Assembly: GCA_030390025.1 (NCBI GenBank)
Contig: CM059433.1
Location: 11,162,001-11,226,000 of the forward strand
From: Squalus acanthias
Lineage: Eukaryota
Reading direction: 5' to 3'
Length of the DNA stretch: 64,000 nucleotides
The notes under the pieces were generated by a model. That model was not told where the DNA came from. It ran no database searches and was given only the letters and a program-made list of their open reading frames with translations. The number at the start of each line of letters is the position of its first letter. The first letter of the stretch is position 1. Positions 58,259-64,000 of the stretch are shown in pieces. The translations under genes and the position numbers were made by a program.

Positions 58259-60649
58259 TTTCAAATAAAACTGTTGGACTATAACCTGGTGTTGTGTGAC
58301 TTCTCATTATCATGAAAGAGGACATCACCTTCCTGCTCAACCGACACACTGCCACTCCCCCGGGGCAGAACCTCAGCATCCAGAGTAATCTGCTTGAGCA
58401 CAGATTGCTGGCCTGCTGCGGCACCGTGTGATCCCCGGTGTACAGTGGGTGACCCAGCGAGGATGGCAGCAGTCAGCGCTTGCATGGCATCAATCTGAGA
58501 CTGTATGAGAGCAGTCTGAGACTGGATGCCACCAACCACTGACTCCAATACAGCACAAAGCCGTTGCATTGCTTCAGCCTGTGCTGCAATAGCTGCTGCC
58601 ACCTCACCCATGACACGCGGCATGAGTTCTGGGTCCCCACGGTCTCTCTGCAAGTCGACCATCCTTTGCAAACTGCCAAGGATGGGCTTGATGGTTTGCG
58701 CAGAGATGAGTGCAATGCTGGAGGTGGACTCTTCCATGCTCTTAGCCAATGCATCCATGCTCTCGGGCACCCTTGCCATTGCACCCATGAGCTTGGTGTG
58801 CATGCCCATCGCCCTTCTGGTCATCACCTCCACATCGAGGTCCTCATCTGAGTCCTGTGCAGCAGAACTCGCGTGCGAACTCACCCTCCGGGGAGATGGC
58901 CCCCGAGCTTCCCTTTCCCCGTGGTGTTGCTGCAGCCTGCTGGGTCCCGGAGCTTCACCCACATCAGACCCATGTACTAGGCTCCCCTTCAGCGACCGCG
59001 TCACCCCATTATCGGACCTAGCGCCTTCGGGAGACACAGGCAGTGAGGCTCTGGCTTGGTCTTCCTCCTCCTCTCCCACGTCACTGCCACTGGGAGGCTG
59101 AGGGACTGGCTGGTTATGTGGTGGCTGATTATCTGAAAGCAGAAAGGCACAAGAGTGGGGTTAAGGTCAGGGGATGGGGGCAGGAAGGGAGCAAGGAATG
59201 GAGACAGTATACTTAGATGGAAAGTGGGAAAGGCTTGTGGTGTGAGGGGGAAGTGGTATGAGAGAAGAGGGAGAGCTGATGACCATACTGTTGTTGTCCC
59301 TAAGGGAATCGGCGTTTCTGACGGCCACAGCGCCCACGGCCTGGGTGGCAATGATGCTGCCCACTCACTCCTCCAGGTAAGGAGGTGCAGATCTGCCTCA
59401 CCTCCTCCCGTTCGTACCTGCTTCCTCCTGTTGTGAGCAAGCTTGGCCTGCAAGAAAAAGGAAAGCGTGTGAGTGAGTGTGCAGCTGTGTGTTTGGCATA
59501 TGTGCCTACCATAGTTGAATGGCTGTTAATGTATGCAAAGCGTGAGATGTGGATGTGACTTTTAGTGGATGGGCATAGTTGGTGGGTGAGTGTTGGGGAT
59601 GTGGCAGTTTATACAGTGTGTGCACAGAGTGAGGTCGAGATGGTGGGATGTAGAGGTTTTTGAAGCATCTACTCACCCTGACCACCCGAGTGAGGTCGTT
59701 GAATTTCTTCCGGCACTGGGTGGGAGTTCTGGGGACCACACTTCTGGCCGACACGTGCTGGGCGACCTCCCTCCACATCCTCCTAAAGGCCTGTGGCAAT
59801 GGCCTCCTGCCAGTGTCCGGGAAGAGCACTGCCCATCGGCGTTCCACGGCCGCGACCAGAGCCTCCAAGGCGTGATCGCTGATGCGGCGAGCTCGCTGTC
59901 TGGGCGTCAGATCAGCCATTAATTGCTTGAATGAAGGTTTGCAGCTCCTTGCAGGCCCAGTTCACAAGCAGCAATGATCAGAGTGAGGCTGCGCAGCACG
60001 ATTGAACCTCCCCTTTAAGAACTGGAAGGCGCCAGTCCGTCTGAGGACTCTCTAATTGACCGCGCCGGAACTTGATTAGTGCTCTGAAGGTAGCGCCCCG
60101 CTCTGCGACATTAGCGCTCCACCTCCCTCTTGGGGCGCTAAAACCCAATTCCACGTTCGCCGACGCTAATAACCACCGGGCGCCAACGTTAGCGCCCAGG
60201 CGATGTTAGCGCCCCAAAATGGTCGATACCGAATTTTTCCCCCAATGGGGTTTATTTTCCGACTTCATTTTCCTGACAGGAAAGCTCACTTATCGAGGGC
60301 CTTATCATGTATGGAATTGTGTGCAGCAAATGTCTGAATTTCTGGTATGCACTGCCAGCAGCTGAAACTCCCCACTGGGAGCACAAAGTTAAAAATTGAC
60401 CCTTGTAATTTGACATCTTTTAATTACTGTCATGTCTCTCAATTTCTGACTATGCCACTACAGGTGGATCTTGATGTTGAAGATGCTACTATTACTTTAA
60501 ATGTAGCTTTCAAGGGGTTAACATTCACAGAACAGCAGAGCTTGGAAATGTAGATTAGGTTTCAGTAGACGAAGAAAATTAGTTTATAGATACCAGCAAA
60601 CATTTCCACCTATTAAGGTGGGAATGTTTTTATTCATGTGAGCCCAACA

Positions 60650-60872
60650 TTTTTTTTATTCGTTTATGGGATCTGGGCATCGCTGGCGAGGCCAGCATTT
60701 ATTGCCTATCCCTAGTTGCCCTGGAAAAGGTGGCGGTGAGCCGCCTTCTTGAACCGCTGCAGTCCGTGTGGTGAAGGTACTCCCACAGTGCTGTCCGACA
60801 GGGAGTTCCAGGATTTTGACCCAGCGACGATGAAGGAACGGCGATGTACTTTCAAGTCAGGATGGTGTGTGA
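60650..60872 (-). mobile_element. CR1-group LINE 3' end with A-rich tail
   Basis: Matches 778-990. Confidence 0.88.
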
Positions 60873-61157
60873 AATATAACTGTTAACAGGCAGTTTATTG
60901 GCACTAATCCCCTTCCCGCCTCGGGGAGGTGGGTCCCAGCACAGGTCGGGTACCTGCCTCCTGTGAAACTGGCATGGAGGTGGGTTGGGGGCAGGATAGG
61001 TTCGGGACCCCCGAATCTGCTATTTTCCCACCCCACACGCGTCCAAACCCGCCTCCACGGGCCGGTGAAAATTGAGCCCTAAGTGTAGGAAGTAGGATTA
61101 GTTACTCTGTTTACTTGCTGTCTGTGAAATAAAGCATCTTATTAATTCCCATCAAAC

Positions 61158-62085
61158 TGTGAAGGAATAAGCCATATAACCTATTTAGAAAAATACACTA
61201 TCTTATGAAAGAATTCTGGCCTTATTAAAACATGACAAACTGGGTTTGGAAATTTAGTAACCTAACTATGAAATAACTATGAAAGAATTCTGGCTATTGA
61301 GATAAGACAGTTGTTGACCCTGAATAAATAACCTATTGAAACAGAAGGTGCATGGCTCCGACAAGCTGACCTTTTGGGAACAAAAACAATGGTTCACCCT
61401 GGATAAGGTGTTTTAATTTAAACTTCGAAAAGATGGCACATAAGATAAGGAACATCTGCCCTCATAAAGATGACATAAAATAAGGAACACCTGCCCTTCA
61501 CACCGTTTTATATGGTCAACCCAGAATACCTAGAGATGCGACAAGATTCTGGAATATTACAAGCTGATGTGGCAGTAAGAATTGCAGAGGTCAGCAGAAA
61601 GATGAATAGTGATAATTAACTTGCATCAGCAGAAAACCTTAAAGGAAATACAACTGAAAAGGGTATAAATATTGAAGTCTCAAATGGGATATCAGACTCG
61701 CTTTAATTGGGCAAAGCGATTCTCGACCACAGAGGTGGCTCTGTGGTCTCCAACTCTTTGTACCTCGGGGATCAAAGGTATTTGATATTGATGGATATCC
61801 TGTATAGAAAACTTTAAGAACTGTAATACTGTAGCAAAGTTAAGATTTAAAAGTAAGATTCTCTGTTAATAATAAGATAGTATTTTTTCTCTTTTTAGAA
61901 CTGTTAACGTTGCGATTGACTGATTCACCAACTGTAAATTGCATGTCGGTTCTTTTAATAAATCTCTATATATTTTTAGAATTGTCTCCCATAAGTCTTC
62001 CGTATCAATAACTCGCAAACTCAATCTCTGTGCACTCTTTGGTGAAGAGTTACAGAATTCTGAAGGAGTTCTCTGGACCCTCATA
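61158..62085 (+). mobile_element. Possible ERV/LTR-like long terminal repeat
   Basis: tgtgaagg...ccctcata ends, internal direct repeats (tatgaaagaattctggc; ataaggaaca.ctgccc), TATAAATA at ~61664, AATAAA at ~61956. No matching TSD. Confidence 0.4.
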
Positions 62086-63393
62086 ATATCCGGAACGTTA
62101 CAGTCTAGCTAAGCTTATTAAAAGCGCTATCTGGAGGACGGTAACATTCTCAGGTTGTTCCTTTCCTTTAGGGAGAGATAGCCCGGACCTTTCAGCCCAA
62201 TTAAGCATCTTTCAGATTCGGCTACCTCAAACTTTAGTTGAAAGTGAACATCTGAGAAATACGCCTGATCCGGGATAGCCCCAAAGGGGCTAGGACTAGT
62301 AAATATCTCTTCAAAACTTCATCCCAGTAGAGTGTTTCTTAGTCCACCGACAAGATGATTGGAGGAACACACACGAGACCACGTGCAAATGACACAATAT
62401 CCAGTTTAGATCACAAGGGAGTCCTGTTAACTCATGCCCACCTAGAGTTGGGTTTAGACTAGTCAAACTCATTTACAAAGGAGCATTACCACCATCAGCG
62501 AGAGATGTTTATCCCATCAGCCTGCTCCGAATTGCAACTGTTGAACACAGAGGTGAAAATACGATGTGATAACCCATTACAAGCGCCATTTTCTTGGTAA
62601 AGGATTTCAAATCCTACATAAAGCCCCAGCTATTTTAGAGCTCCAATATTGCTTCATAGTACTCATTTGTTCAGGTGTAAGGAGGAACACTCAATTCCAT
62701 TCATAAACCACCTTGCATAAATATTTCTTGAGCCAAAATTTCATATTTGTCACTCAGTCGATGAACGAATATTTGATTTGGAATGTGAAGGTCGTGAAGG
62801 GATTTTCGTACCATTTAAAATTTATTTTTATTTAATTTTTTTATGAGGGATGTTATTACTAGCGAATGGAACATTTTTTTTTCACTTTTGCACCTACTGT
62901 TGACATCGAGCGCTCCTAGGAGAAATATAGTGGAGTTCAGATGGAGATTAAAGCTTCCTATACTCTCCCTCAACATTGTACATAATCCAAACCTCAGAAC
63001 AGCACCCTTTACTTTTTTAGTGCAATCATTCATTACCCACACCGACCATTTTGTGGCTAATTTAGTACTAATTAGTGTTAAATTATGGGCAGCTTTGTGC
63101 TGGGGGCTTCTGCTAATAGGAATTGGGTTGAAACTACCAAATTCGTTTTAAATTGGAACATTACAACCACTAGAGAGAGAAAAACCTTTGTCCCATCAGT
63201 GTAAGATAGATTATGAGTTCTGGTCACGGACATGAAGGGCAGATCTCTGTGATAGGCCAGCTTCAGGCTTCCTACCTACTTTCAGGCAATCAATGGTTAG
63301 CAAGGTGGAGGTGGGAGTGAGTGACAGAGGCAGCTGGACTAGCCCCAGGCCAAGAAAGCCACTGAGGAGTGGAGGCTACACACTTTGAGCAAG

Positions 63394-63852
63394 CTCGAGG
63401 AACAGTACCTCATCTTCCGATTGGGCACTTTACAGCCTTCCGGACTCAATATCGAGTTCAACAATTTCAGATCATAACCTCGGCCCCGACCATTTTTATC
63501 CCCCCTTTTGGTTTGTGCCTTTTCCCTTTTTTTTCTCTCTCTCCCACATGGCAGCTGTCTTTCATCCTGCCAGCACATTTCACACTTCTGAGCCATCTTT
63601 TGTTTCTTAACCTGTCCCATTACCATCTCGTCTCGCCTTGAGTATCTCTTAAAGTCTCTACGTCTCACAGACCTTCCCTTTTGTTCTTTAATTCCCTCCC
63701 CCAGCCTCCAAACTTGCTTTTTCATCTGTTTCATTTCCTGCTTTTTTCTCAGTTCTGACGAAGGGTCTTCGACCTGAAACGTTGACTCTGTTTCTCTCTC
63801 CACGGATGTTGCCTGGCCTGCTGAGTTTTTCCAGTGCTTCCTGTTGTTGTTT
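63394..63852 (+). mobile_element. Penelope family A 3' fragment
   Basis: KLEEQYLIFRLGTLQPSGLNIEFNNF plus pLTR; duplicated CACTTTGAGCAAG (63381-63393 and 63853-63865). Confidence 0.9.
63751..63787 (+). ncRNA. Minimal hammerhead ribozyme, intact core
   Basis: AGUU CUGACGA A GGGUC-UUC-GACCU GAA ACGU U GACU; the changes keep pairing through G-U wobbles. Confidence 0.8.
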
Positions 63853-64000
63853 CACTTTGAGCAAGGTTCGCTGCCGGGGGGGGGGGGGGGAGGTGGGGGG
63901 GGGGGGAGTGAGTGGCCCAGGAGGCTGTAGCAGGCGATGCTAATTGCTTTCAGTGAGAGGATTACAGGGGTCGTATAGTGGGGCGGTTATGTATATACAC

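Larger units (their letters stand above)
57959..58308. mobile_element. Fold-back Penelope (family B) mini-insertion with ~154-bp arms
   Basis: Arms 57996-58149 and 58155-58308 (2 mismatches seen), 5-nt spacer, single-copy tail on the left. Confidence 0.9.
57648..59919 (-). pseudogene. Myb/SANT-like gene of H2, exons 59919-59677, 59447-59289 and ~59131-57648
   Basis: RARRISDHALEALV..MWREVA..RTPTQCRKKFNDLTRVVR|gtgagt; AKLAHNRR..TGGG; frameshift in exon 2 and a Penelope insert in exon 3. Confidence 0.88.
53923..60243. mobile_element. Decayed autonomous-type PIF/Harbinger transposon (element H2)
   Basis: TIR gggggagaaatt / aatttttccccc, TSD AAT, convergent transposase and Myb/SANT genes. Confidence 0.93.

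Noticed and set aside
62086..63200. Retroviral internal region downstream of the putative LTR
   Set aside because: No PBS and no gag or pol motifs detected; the LTR itself lacks a TSD.

Overview
Repeat-saturated vertebrate genomic DNA, most likely from a cartilaginous fish (shark), inferred from the repeat families: CR1-type LINEs with 8-bp tail repeats, Deu-domain tRNA-SINEs, Penelope elements and PIF/Harbinger transposons. I recognise no host protein-coding exon, so the window is probably intronic or intergenic. Main contents: (1) an intact, very young 4.44-kb Ty3/Gypsy element (2786-7226, minus) with one 1318-aa Gag-Pol ORF, no tRNA primer-binding site, an 11-nt PBS complementary to its own LTR (Tf1-style self-priming signature) and an RT motif YLDN. 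(2) Two Penelope-like families carrying minimal hammerhead ribozymes, including two short fold-back (palindromic) insertions and a ~10.5-kb nested composite. (3) Two decayed two-gene Harbinger elements, an older Harbinger transposase relic and many Harbinger MITEs. One MITE family carries a conserved promoter-motif plus micro-exon splice cassette. (4) Many CR1, L2 and SINE fragments, a solo LTR and Tigger-like MITEs. Coordinates were counted by eye. Boundaries of degenerate repeats are approximate; TSD and TIR boundaries were checked base by base.
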